Positions 16,343-24,380 of a stretch of 25,758 nucleotides of DNA are shown piece after piece. This DNA is from a virus (Duplodnaviria > Caudoviricetes). Every line of letters starts with the position of its first letter. Position 1 is the first letter of the stretch. The position numbers were made by a program, and so were the translations under genes. The notes below the pieces were generated by a model. It saw only the letters and a list, made by a program, of their open reading frames with translations. It did not search any database and was not told where the DNA came from. The stretch covers positions 1 to 25,758 of the IMG/VR virus record IMGVR_UViG_3300005805_000430, one strand, 5' to 3'.

Positions 16343-16987
16343 TTATTTAATTAATTGTTTTGCAGGATTGCCTACCCAAGTCTGTCCTTCAGGAACATCA
16401 TTCAGGACAACTGCTCCGGCTCCAATTATTGCCCCAGCACCAATCTTGACCTTCTGACGAATGATGGCATTGCAGCCAATAAATACCTTTTCTCCAATGA
16501 CCGCTGATCCTCCTACCACAGCTCCGGCAGCTATCAGTACATTCTTTCCAATCTTGGCATTGTGTCCTATGTGAACTCCTGAGTCAATCTTTGATCCTGC
16601 TCCAATAATGGTGGTTCCGGTTACTGACCGGTCAATATTGACATTATTATGAATGCATACTTTATCTTCAATGAGAACATCACCAAGGTGTGGAATGCGG
16701 AGATATTCACCGTTATGGAATTCGTAGCCAAAGCCATGTCCTCCAATGGTGCAGTTGCATCCGATTTCTACATCATCGCCAATCCTGGTATCAACATGAA
16801 CTCGTGTTCCTGTAGGATATTCATTATAAGTATTAACCACCTGAAACTCTTCAAGAGCTTTAATAAAAGCCAATTTGGGATTGTCTGTCGGAAATGAACT
16901 TGAACGGATGACAAGCGTGCCATCGTTCTTGTTGTAAGAAATTTCTTCCGGTCTAAGGTTATTAAATTGGCTGCGATGGTTGCTCAT
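16343..16987 (-). CDS. LpxD-like hexapeptide-repeat acyl/acetyltransferase (start revised to MSNHRS, 214 aa)
   Basis: IGGHGFGY, IPHLGDVLIED, IDRSVTGTTIIGAGSKID..VHIGHN (LpxD core), hexapeptide repeats, C-terminal VGNPAK. Confidence 0.88.
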   Translation of the reverse strand: MSNHRSQFNNLRPEEISYNKNDGTLVIRSSSFPTDNPKLAFIKALEEFQVVNTYNEYPTGTRVHVDTRIGDDVEIGCNCTIGGHGFGYEFHNGEYLRIPHLGDVLIEDKVCIHNNVNIDRSVTGTTIIGAGSKIDSGVHIGHNAKIGKNVLIAAGAVVGGSAVIGEKVFIGCNAIIRQKVKIGAGAIIGAGAVVLNDVPEGQTWVGNPAKQLIK

Positions 16988-17135
16988 TGTAGATGTTGTT
17001 GATTTTGTCAACCAGCTTTTGCAACTTTTTCAACTTGGCAATCTTATGCTTCAATTCAAATGAATGCCTGCTTACTTCAGTTTCGTGTTTTGCGATTTGC
17101 AATTTGAGGTCTGCGATTTGTTCGGATATATTCAT
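16962..17135 (-). CDS. Small coiled-coil protein, 57 aa
   Basis: Not in ORF track. MNISEQIADLKLQIAKHETEVSRHSFELKHKIAKLKKLQKLVDKINN...; ATGA overlap with the endolysin stop. Confidence 0.65.
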   Translation of the reverse strand: MNISEQIADLKLQIAKHETEVSRHSFELKHKIAKLKKLQKLVDKINNIYNEQPSQPI

Positions 17136-17614
17136 AGGTTTATGTAATGTACACGTCCGCTAATTTTAACTGCCTTTTTGCATTGCTTCCTGTTTTTTCC
17201 TTTTACATAGGAAACGTGGACCCAATCAGGCTTTTGTTCATCGCCAAACTCCCAGATAAGCTGATCAAATTCGCAGAAATTTCTAATTAGATAGAAAAGC
17301 CGGTCATTACTTCCGTATCCGTACACATCGCAGTCCAAATCTACTGCGTGACCGGTCATATGCTGGCTGTATTCGCTTGAATTAGGTATCGCTGAATTGT
17401 ATTCCTTGGACCTGTATCCGGAAGTCACCGCCAGTGGACCGCCATTCATCTCACGCACCTTATCCAATAGTTCGGTGGCTAAAGTCATAAGATTGGCTTC
17501 ATGTTCTGGTGTAGGTGTATTGCTTATTCCAAGCCGTTTAATGATTTCCGGATTTGAGTATGTTAATTCCTTTAAAGTAAAGTAATTGCTTTTCTTTTCA
17601 GTCATAATGGTCAA
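17132..17614 (-). CDS. Peptidase M15 family endolysin
   Basis: YFTLKELTYS, VTSGYRS, SQHMTGHAVD, FDQLIWE, WVHVSY zinc-binding motifs. Confidence 0.92.
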   Translation of the reverse strand: MTIMTEKKSNYFTLKELTYSNPEIIKRLGISNTPTPEHEANLMTLATELLDKVREMNGGPLAVTSGYRSKEYNSAIPNSSEYSQHMTGHAVDLDCDVYGYGSNDRLFYLIRNFCEFDQLIWEFGDEQKPDWVHVSYVKGKNRKQCKKAVKISGRVHYINL

Positions 17615-17687
17615 ACTATGGCTTTACAATGAGTTAGTATAAAATTATGCTTATAAACAGGCAGATAATCTGATATTTTGGACATAA

Positions 17688-17870
17688 TCAGTCAATCTGA
17701 CCAAGATAATCGTAAATTATAGCTCTAACCTTATCCGGTCCGCCCAGTTTGGCGATGAGACCACGCTTAAGATATATGGAAAATTGCACCTTGATCTGAT
17801 CACGGTCGGCAATCTTTTTTCGGCCTGAACCAGGCTTGCGAACTTTATTGTTAATTGTAATTTCTGTCAT
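17688..17870 (-). CDS. Small DNA-binding protein, 60 aa (start revised to MTEITI)
   Basis: RKPGSGRKK basic motif followed by a strand-helix-helix pattern; first gene after the divergent promoter. Confidence 0.6.
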   Translation of the reverse strand: MTEITINNKVRKPGSGRKKIADRDQIKVQFSIYLKRGLIAKLGGPDKVRAIIYDYLGQID

Positions 17871-17946
17871 AAAATAAGCCGGTAGGCTAAAAATGGGACC
17901 CAAATCACCCATACCTACCGGCCATAACTAAACTCCGTATGCGACT

Positions 17947-18035
17947 CAAAAATAAACTTTTTTCGTGATTCTGAAAAAAAGTAGAAAAAAAAGTTTCTTT
18001 ACCTATTGTTTTATCTCATTAGTTATATAGTTTTG
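17947..18035. promoter_or_regulatory. Divergent Bacteroidota-type promoter pair
   Basis: TATTTTTG on minus (17954-17947) and TAGTTTTG on plus (18028-18035), in the AT-rich gap where gene orientation switches. Confidence 0.7.
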
Positions 18036-18058
18036 TCCTACAATCAAATCCCAAACAC

Positions 18059-18277
18059 ATGAACGGAATAATTGGAATAACATCAAAAAGACCATTTAAA
18101 TACGAATTTAAGTTGTCTTTTACTCTTGAAATTGGCTATTGGATAGTCTGTGCTGATGACGTACAGGAAGCCATTGGTTATGCAAAAGATTTACAGAAGG
18201 AAAAAAGTTTAAAAGGTGTAATGGACCTTTCAACTTATAAAACATTTTGGGTACTTGACAGAAACCAAGTTTTATGA
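18059..18277 (+). CDS. Hypothetical protein, 72 aa
   Basis: First gene after the plus-strand promoter; overlaps the next start. Confidence 0.6.
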   Translation: MNGIIGITSKRPFKYEFKLSFTLEIGYWIVCADDVQEAIGYAKDLQKEKSLKGVMDLSTYKTFWVLDRNQVL

Positions 18278-18510
18278 AGACCACTATATACACAGTATCA
18301 GTAACCAATATGCATACCGGTGAAACTTCCACCAAGGCATATTTTCGTGAGAAACAGGCCGTGGACCGTTTCTACAAGGTCTGCAATGAAATGTGCTATG
18401 ACTGGCACCACGTAATGCAACGACATAATGACTACTTGCAATTCGCACAGGCTGGTGGCAAAGGTTACGACTACAAGATTGAAATCAATCACCAAAATTT
18501 ATACATATGA
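18274..18510 (+). CDS. Hypothetical protein, 78 aa
   Basis: ATGA-coupled on both sides. Confidence 0.65.
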   Translation: MKTTIYTVSVTNMHTGETSTKAYFREKQAVDRFYKVCNEMCYDWHHVMQRHNDYLQFAQAGGKGYDYKIEINHQNLYI

Positions 18511-18719
18511 AGAAAATCAGTATTGTTGAACACATTGATGCTGACGGAAATTACATTTTTGTCAAGGTCAATGGCCGTCTTGAAAAGTGTTTTGCATGGA
18601 TTCCTCAAAGTCCGTGGAGAACAAAATTTAAAGCATTGAAAAATGCATTGCTTTATGCCAAAGCACTTACACAACAACCGCAAACCAAAATCCTTCGTGA
18701 ATATGAAACACCTAACTGA
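18507..18719 (+). CDS. Hypothetical protein, 70 aa
   Basis: ATGA-coupled gene in the early operon. Confidence 0.6.
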   Translation: MKKISIVEHIDADGNYIFVKVNGRLEKCFAWIPQSPWRTKFKALKNALLYAKALTQQPQTKILREYETPN

Positions 18720-19275
18720 AGCAGAACTCGTCAATGCACCTACGCTGGCTGATATTCAGGCGGCAGTAAAAGCTCCTAAAGCAAAATACAATTCCTTTGG
18801 CAAGTATTACTACCGATCAGCCGAGGACATCATGGAAGCAGTTAAGCCTATCATTAATCCTATGGGATTTTGGCTTACCGTATCCGATTCCATTGAAAAG
18901 ATTGGTGACCGTTATTATGTAAAGTGCTTGGCCACCTTGACCAATGGTAATAGTGTTTACCAGGTAACTGCTTTTGCTCGTGAAGATGAAAGCCGTAAAG
19001 GAATGGATCCAGGAATGCTTACCGGAGCCACATCCTCATACGCTCGTAAGTATGCTTTGCAAGGACTATTCAGCCTTGACCAAAATAAGGATGTGGATGA
19101 CCTGCATGAAGGCAAGCCGGATGATACCTATGTAAATCACGAGTGGAAGCAGGAGCTGGCTAATTGTAAGAACCTGTCAGACCTGATGGCATTGTACAAT
19201 TCCAATAAAGAAACTGTGGAGGCAAATGCCGGACTTAAAAAGATGTTTTCAGACCGTAAAACCGAATTGAAATGA
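18703..19275 (+). CDS. erf: ERF family single-strand annealing recombinase (start revised to MKHLTE)
   Basis: KAPKAKYNSFGKYYYRSAEDI and TGATSSYARKYALQGLF signatures. Confidence 0.93.
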   Translation: MKHLTEAELVNAPTLADIQAAVKAPKAKYNSFGKYYYRSAEDIMEAVKPIINPMGFWLTVSDSIEKIGDRYYVKCLATLTNGNSVYQVTAFAREDESRKGMDPGMLTGATSSYARKYALQGLFSLDQNKDVDDLHEGKPDDTYVNHEWKQELANCKNLSDLMALYNSNKETVEANAGLKKMFSDRKTELK

Positions 19276-19949
19276 TTGATCAGACCTGGAGTGAGCAGCG
19301 TGCAGGAAAATGGACTGCATCTGAGATTTGGAAGCTATTTGTAGAGCCACGCAGCAAGGCAGATAAGGATGCTGGTGTGTTTTCGGAGACTGCGGAGACC
19401 TATATCCTTGAAAAGGCCGTAGAACGGAAAACTGGCTACAAAAAGAAGTTTACATCAAAGGAAATGGAGCATGGTGTAATCAATGAAAAAGATGCTCATG
19501 ATGCATTTGTAAAGCACTGCCAGCTTAACCTTACATTTACCAATAAGGATTTCTTTAAAATAGATGACAATGCAGGAGCATCTCCTGATGCGGTATTATA
19601 TAGTGGCTTGGATGTGCTAATGGTTGTTGATTACAAATGTCCTCAACCATTGACATTTTTTCAGGCTAAAAGAGCATTGTTCAATGATGAGCCTATTGAG
19701 AAAATGTATTTCTATCAACTACAAATGCAGATGTTGGCCACCAAAGCCACAAAGGCATTCTTGGTTTATTATTTGGCCGAGGAATTTGGCAATACATATA
19801 CCGGTGAGATTGAGCATCGCTTTGATTTGCCTATTGGTGATAGGATGTTTTATAAAATGATTGATGCAGACAAATCTGTATGGGATGAAATCCTAATTAA
19901 GATTCAAAAAGCAGAAGACCGTTGCCAATATTTAATGAGTATTATATGA
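19272..19949 (+). CDS. YqaJ/lambda-exonuclease family recombination nuclease
   Basis: WSEQRAGKWTASE, MEHGVINE, GASPD, DYKCP, YFYQLQMQM. Confidence 0.9.
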   Translation: MIDQTWSEQRAGKWTASEIWKLFVEPRSKADKDAGVFSETAETYILEKAVERKTGYKKKFTSKEMEHGVINEKDAHDAFVKHCQLNLTFTNKDFFKIDDNAGASPDAVLYSGLDVLMVVDYKCPQPLTFFQAKRALFNDEPIEKMYFYQLQMQMLATKATKAFLVYYLAEEFGNTYTGEIEHRFDLPIGDRMFYKMIDADKSVWDEILIKIQKAEDRCQYLMSII

Positions 19950-19986
19950 CTCAAAAAATGAAATTTAGTATATTATTTGACTCATT

Positions 19987-21198
19987 ATGAGGCACGGATC
20001 ACTATTCTCCGGCTTGGGAGGCTTTGACTTGGCCGCTGAGTGGATGGGATGGGAAAATGTCTTCCATTGCGAATGGAATGAATTCGGACAAAAGATTCTT
20101 AAATATTACTGGCCTAACGCAATCAGTTACAATGATATTACCAAATCAACTTTCACTGTTCACAGAGGAACAATTGACATCCTCACAGGTGGTTTCCCGT
20201 GTCAGCCATTTTCAACCGCAGGACAACGTAAAGGCACAGACGACTCTCGCTATCTCTGGCCGGAAATGCTTAGAGTTATTCGAGAAGTCCAACCTCGGTA
20301 CATCGTGGGCGAGAATGTTCGTGGGCTTGTTAATTGGTCAGGAGGGATGGTATTCGACACGGTGTGCGCTGACCTGGAATCTGAAGGTTACGAAGTCCTC
20401 CCGGTACTACTTCCAGCTGCAGGTGTCAACGCACCGCACAAACGTGACAGAATCTTCTTTATTGCTAAAAACACCCAGCGCAATGGATGCTTATTCGGAG
20501 AATCTGAAAAAGACAGAGCAAAGGATGGGGAACTCAGGCACGCTGGCCCAGGAGATACAGACAGGATTTGTGGAGAAGAGATGGCCAGGTCTTCTACTAA
20601 CTCCAACCACTCAGATCAATTCAATGCTACCGACTCCGACAGCATCGGATGTAGTCGGAACTCCGAAGAGGAAGGACCAATTAAATCAGACATCAACCGG
20701 TGGATGGACAAGAACATCGGACACGACAGGAACCAAATTTGGAGCAAAATTGATGGATGTGGCTCAAATGCTACCGACTCCCAGCGCATTCGATTGGAAC
20801 ACGGCACGGAAACCGGAGACATTTCAAAAGGCTCAGGAAAAGCACAAGGAGAAAGGAGTGAATCTTCAGAATCCGCTGAAACAAATGGCGGTGAACGGAA
20901 TGCTGCCGACTCCGACAGCCAGATGCTGGAACACAGGAACAGAGAAAGAAAGACCGGAGGACGAACCATCACGGAGGAGCGAATTAAATCATTTGATGAG
21001 CCAGGAGGTTGGGAAACCTTCCCAACTGTCAGCCCAGTTCACTTTGGAAATGATGGGCTTTCCGACCGACTGGACTCTATTACCTTTTCTAAGTGGCGAA
21101 AAGAATCCATCAAAGGAGCAGGAAACGCAATAGTCCCACAAATCGCTCTTCAGATATTTAAAGCAATCCAAGAATATGAAAGCAACATTAACCTTTAA
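19987..21198 (+). CDS. DNA (cytosine-5) methyltransferase, catalytic alpha polypeptide
   Basis: Motif I FSGLGG, IV GGFPCQ, VI ENV, VIII HKRDRIF and X GAGNAIVPQ. The central ~190 aa look disordered and lack motif IX. Confidence 0.92.
   Translation: MRHGSLFSGLGGFDLAAEWMGWENVFHCEWNEFGQKILKYYWPNAISYNDITKSTFTVHRGTIDILTGGFPCQPFSTAGQRKGTDDSRYLWPEMLRVIREVQPRYIVGENVRGLVNWSGGMVFDTVCADLESEGYEVLPVLLPAAGVNAPHKRDRIFFIAKNTQRNGCLFGESEKDRAKDGELRHAGPGDTDRICGEEMARSSTNSNHSDQFNATDSDSIGCSRNSEEEGPIKSDINRWMDKNIGHDRNQIWSKIDGCGSNATDSQRIRLEHGTETGDISKGSGKAQGERSESSESAETNGGERNAADSDSQMLEHRNRERKTGGRTITEERIKSFDEPGGWETFPTVSPVHFGNDGLSDRLDSITFSKWRKESIKGAGNAIVPQIALQIFKAIQEYESNINL
20132..21133 (+). CDS. Overlapping-frame C5-MTase beta polypeptide (TRD-like repeats plus motif IX); start uncertain
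   Basis: Frame open for 369 codons inside the MTase gene; five L/M-L-x-T-P modules; ends QLSAQFTLEMMGFPTDWT (motif IX-like). Confidence 0.78.
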   Translation: MILPNQLSLFTEEQLTSSQVVSRVSHFQPQDNVKAQTTLAISGRKCLELFEKSNLGTSWARMFVGLLIGQEGWYSTRCALTWNLKVTKSSRYYFQLQVSTHRTNVTESSLLLKTPSAMDAYSENLKKTEQRMGNSGTLAQEIQTGFVEKRWPGLLLTPTTQINSMLPTPTASDVVGTPKRKDQLNQTSTGGWTRTSDTTGTKFGAKLMDVAQMLPTPSAFDWNTARKPETFQKAQEKHKEKGVNLQNPLKQMAVNGMLPTPTARCWNTGTEKERPEDEPSRRSELNHLMSQEVGKPSQLSAQFTLEMMGFPTDWTLLPFLSGEKNPSKEQETQ

Positions 21199-21418
21199 CC
21201 TTGACGATCCGGATGACAGAGTCGCTCATCTGCGAGCGGTTAAATCCTTAGACCTGGCTTCTGCTTTATGGACTTTACATCACAACACCGCAAGAAGACT
21301 ATTGGATGGGTATGAGACGGTCACTCCGGAGATGTATGATGTACATGAAAGGTGGATAGAGACCATTAATGATACACTTAATGAACATGGAATCAACATA
21401 GACGAACTAATTATTTAA
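21176..21418 (+). CDS. Phage hypothetical protein (MKATLTFNL)
   Basis: Overlaps the MTase end; N-terminus typical of small phage proteins. Confidence 0.7.
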   Translation: MKATLTFNLDDPDDRVAHLRAVKSLDLASALWTLHHNTARRLLDGYETVTPEMYDVHERWIETINDTLNEHGINIDELII

Positions 21419-21434
21419 CATAAACCAAATCAAA

Positions 21435-21626
21435 ATGAGTATGGCAAGATCAAACTACAGAGAGGAACTGCATTATCTAAAGGATAGCAAATGGCTATCT
21501 GGTGAATTGTGCTATTGGAGGAACAATCCTAACTATTCCGAAAAGACCAAGGCCAAACTTGAAAAGCGGTTAAATGATATGTGCGATAAGCGCATCATCT
21601 ATGAAATTTATCGCAGACCGCAATGA
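21435..21626 (+). CDS. Hypothetical protein, 63 aa
   Basis: A-rich leader; ATGA-coupled to the next gene. Confidence 0.6.
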   Translation: MSMARSNYREELHYLKDSKWLSGELCYWRNNPNYSEKTKAKLEKRLNDMCDKRIIYEIYRRPQ

Positions 21627-21943
21627 AAGGTAATATCATGTCAATTCTTTGCAACCGCTCCTTTGTGACAAGAGCCGAGTTGCTGATAATGCTGAATCAT
21701 GCAGGATTAAAGATCAGTGACCGACAATTGCGTAAAGCGGTTGAGGAGCTGGTAATGGATGACGGATGCTGTATAGCCTCCACCGATCAAGGATATCATC
21801 TTATAAAATCCGAGCATGAACTGCGTAGCGCAGTGGATTATCTGAGGCGCAAGGCCCAGCCTATAGCCATCAGAGCAAATAAGCTTATAAAGAACTACAC
21901 GGAAGTATATGGTAATCAATTAAACTTAACCTTTAACCTTTAA
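21623..21943 (+). CDS. Winged-helix DNA-binding protein
   Basis: VTRAEL...ISDRQLRKAVEEL...IASTDQGYHL wHTH pattern. Confidence 0.7.
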   Translation: MKGNIMSILCNRSFVTRAELLIMLNHAGLKISDRQLRKAVEELVMDDGCCIASTDQGYHLIKSEHELRSAVDYLRRKAQPIAIRANKLIKNYTEVYGNQLNLTFNL

Positions 21944-21947
21944 AACA

Positions 21948-22118
21948 ATGGAAAACAAAAAGAAAGGACGGAAAGCGACTTTGGAAGCCGGTGGGAAAAA
22001 CCTTATGGTTTATCTGGAGCCAAAGCACCTTGAGCGGATTGAGCAATTGACCAAGGTGTACAATACGACCAATAAGACTGCGGTTATTCGTTTGTGCATT
22101 GAAAACCATCTGCTATGA
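21948..22118 (+). CDS. Ribbon-helix-helix-like protein, 56 aa
   Basis: Not in ORF track. MENKKKGRK...NLMVYLEPKHLERIEQL...NKTAVIRLCIENHLL; ATGA overlap with the next gene. Confidence 0.7.
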   Translation: MENKKKGRKATLEAGGKNLMVYLEPKHLERIEQLTKVYNTTNKTAVIRLCIENHLL

Positions 22119-22318
22119 AGAATTACACGCAATACATCATTGGAATGATTATATGGTCATCCTTTAGTACGCTCATCATCTTTGGAATGGTTGGTATAGC
22201 AAGCCAGGAATTTACTATAACCTATATCTGTATTGATACGGTTAGGTTCATTCTGCTGCTGCTGCTTATCAATATGCTTTTGAATGCTGTGCTGATCAAG
22301 TTAAATAATAATCATTAA
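22115..22318 (+). CDS. Two-TM membrane protein, 67 aa
   Basis: Two hydrophobic segments. Confidence 0.6.
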   Translation: MKNYTQYIIGMIIWSSFSTLIIFGMVGIASQEFTITYICIDTVRFILLLLLINMLLNAVLIKLNNNH

Positions 22319-22358
22319 TTTAAATGGGCGAGTACCTTAATGGGAAAGCCCCTTTTTT

Positions 22359-22718
22359 ATGACAAAGCCTGAATTAACTAAATACCGTTCCTTGCGCTTT
22401 AGCCAATGGGTACGAGAGAAGCTGCCTGATTCAAGTACTGGATTTTCCGTCAGCGACTTGGACTTCATCTTAATGAACTTTAAAACCAAAAAAGTCATGT
22501 TTTTGGAGGTTAAATTAAGAGATGGTCAGGTGAGCTGGAATCAGTACAATATGTGGTCATTGATGAGTAAGTGGATTACCAGAGGCGTTGGAGAGTCTTG
22601 GGAATACCTTGGATTTCATCTAATCCAATTTACCGGTCTTGATTTTGAGGACGGTAAGGTGAAGTTGGACAACAAGTTTGTAACAGAGGAAGAACTCATC
22701 AAATTTTTAAGCTTTTAG
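22359..22718 (+). CDS. PD-(D/E)XK nuclease-like protein
   Basis: SDLDFIL...MFLEVK...SWNQ motif spacing. Confidence 0.65.
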   Translation: MTKPELTKYRSLRFSQWVREKLPDSSTGFSVSDLDFILMNFKTKKVMFLEVKLRDGQVSWNQYNMWSLMSKWITRGVGESWEYLGFHLIQFTGLDFEDGKVKLDNKFVTEEELIKFLSF

Positions 22719-22721
22719 TAT

Positions 22722-23444
22722 ATGGAGAAATACTGCAATTACTTTCCGCATTTTAGCAATGTCCGGCACGACCGCAGAATCCGAAGAATGGAGAAGGAGA
22801 TTGGCCTTGAGGCCTATGCCATCTATTTTAAACTATTGGAAATCTTACGTGAGCAGATTGACTTCCGGTATCCGATGGATGACTTAGATTTACTTGCGGA
22901 TGAAATAGGCACCAGCGAGCAGAAGACCAGAGTGGTCATATGCAATTATCAGCTTTTTGAGGTTGATGAGCAGAACCGGTTCTTCTCAGCATCCTTTACC
23001 GAATCCATGCAGCCATATATAAAAATGCGAAATCAGCGCATTGATGCGGCAAAAGCATCGGTCGCTCAACGGTCGTTGAACGGTCGCTCAACGGTCGTTG
23101 AACAAAGTAAAGTAAAGGAAAGTAAAGTAAATGAAACTAAAGTAAATGAAAGTAAATTAGATATATATATAGGCTCAAAGGATTTCAATTGGTTTAAATC
23201 TCAATTTGATGATATATATATAGACCAAATGAAAGTTCACTACAGAGACAAGAACTTTGATGAAGCCATGTCAGATGCCTACGCCTGGCTACTGAGCAAA
23301 GGTGATATTGCCCACGCAGACAAAGGCAGATGCCGGTCAGCATTTGTCACATTCCTCAAAAACCAAAAGCAGTATCAAAAGAGCGCCAAAAGCGGAAATG
23401 TCAATGAGGATGAATTCCTGAAGAAACTAAACCAAATGCAATGA
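22722..23444 (+). CDS. Replication initiator (DUF4373/Lin1244-like N-terminal domain)
   Basis: YFPHFSNVRHDRRIRRM..IGLEAYAIYFKLLEILRE, KVKESKVNE linker, internal iterons. Confidence 0.8.
   Translation: MEKYCNYFPHFSNVRHDRRIRRMEKEIGLEAYAIYFKLLEILREQIDFRYPMDDLDLLADEIGTSEQKTRVVICNYQLFEVDEQNRFFSASFTESMQPYIKMRNQRIDAAKASVAQRSLNGRSTVVEQSKVKESKVNETKVNESKLDIYIGSKDFNWFKSQFDDIYIDQMKVHYRDKNFDEAMSDAYAWLLSKGDIAHADKGRCRSAFVTFLKNQKQYQKSAKSGNVNEDEFLKKLNQMQ
23059..23170. repeat. Probable replication origin: four 11-bp iterons plus an A-rich tract
   Basis: CGGTCGCTCAA/CGGTCGTTGAA alternating x4 (23059-23102), then AAAGT repeats and ATATATATAT. Confidence 0.8.
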
Positions 23445-24058
23445 GACAATTTTACACCGAATGCCTCAAAAATCTCAAGGTGATGCGAGGCCTAAATCAG
23501 TACGAGGACTATCTGTCAAAAGGTGACCGTGGAGTAGGCGAAATGAATGCCTTGATTCAGGCACTTATCTCTGTATCTAATTCCTTCTCCTACATTCCGC
23601 AGGAGGTACAGCAAAACATCATCCGGCAACGCATCTTGGATGATCCGGAATTGTACAACCTGAATGCGGCCAAAATATGGGCTTGGCTTAACGCAATTTC
23701 AGGTAAGTACTACCATCACACCACCGAGGAGGAGAAAGTGGCCTATAAGTCAACAGAATGCGAAATAAGCCCATCCACACAAGCGATGATACAGCAGTTT
23801 ATCAATGACCTATCATCCGGAGGCGGTTTTAGGTCCGTTCCGCAGGTCTCACAGGCCGAAATTAATGCTATAGAAAATGAGGAGCAACAGCGGTCCAAAG
23901 GACTGTCAACCGGACTAAAATATGGCACTCCGGAGCAGGACCGAATACGTGAACTAAAGGCCGAGTATGGAAGGAAGTATGCCGACCTTTATACCGGCAG
24001 ACCAAAGCCAGGCAGTCCATCATTAGACGATTGGCTACAAATCAATTTGTCCGTTTAG
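23441..24058 (+). CDS. Hypothetical protein, 205 aa (position of a helicase loader/replication accessory)
   Basis: ATGA-coupled to the initiator; no motif recognised. Confidence 0.6.
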   Translation: MRQFYTECLKNLKVMRGLNQYEDYLSKGDRGVGEMNALIQALISVSNSFSYIPQEVQQNIIRQRILDDPELYNLNAAKIWAWLNAISGKYYHHTTEEEKVAYKSTECEISPSTQAMIQQFINDLSSGGGFRSVPQVSQAEINAIENEEQQRSKGLSTGLKYGTPEQDRIRELKAEYGRKYADLYTGRPKPGSPSLDDWLQINLSV

Positions 24059-24117
24059 TGGTATGTGCTAAATTTGCACCGAGCAGACGGCTCTATCTAT
24101 TCATGTTGATTTAGGAT

Positions 24118-24147
24118 AAAAGGCAGGAAGGCACACCTGCCTTTTTT
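24118..24147. terminator. Bidirectional intrinsic terminator between convergent operons
   Basis: AAAAGGCAGG-AAGGCACA-CCTGCCTTTTTT. Confidence 0.85.
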
Positions 24148-24380
24148 CATTTAAGCCTTCTATAACCTTGATCCCAAAGGAATTTTGAAAAGTCCTTTGA
24201 CATACGGACAATGCTTTTTTCATCATAATCAGGAAAAAGCAAGTGCATTTTCTCGTGGATCAAGATTTCCAAATGCTTTTTTCCTTTAAGCTTATGGTAT
24301 AATTCAATCTTGTTTTCAGCAATGTGCGCCCAGCCCCAGTAAGTCCTGAGTCGCTTATAAACTACCTTGGTAGGCTTCAC
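24147..24380 (-). CDS. Minimal zincin-like HExxH protein (GTG start)
   Basis: WGWAH...LEILIHEKMHLLFP; GTGA overlap with the upstream gene. Confidence 0.7.
   Translation of the reverse strand: MKPTKVVYKRLRTYWGWAHIAENKIELYHKLKGKKHLEILIHEKMHLLFPDYDEKSIVRMSKDFSKFLWDQGYRRLK

Noticed and set aside
16343-16987. Calling the acyltransferase a true lpxD
   Set aside because: It is much shorter than LpxD, lacks the full N-terminal domain and the C-terminal helical region, and ends in the GNPAK motif of sugar acetyltransferases.
22326-22358. Possible terminator GGGC...GCCC followed by a T-run
   Set aside because: The stem is weak with a long loop and the T-run abuts the next start codon; support is insufficient.
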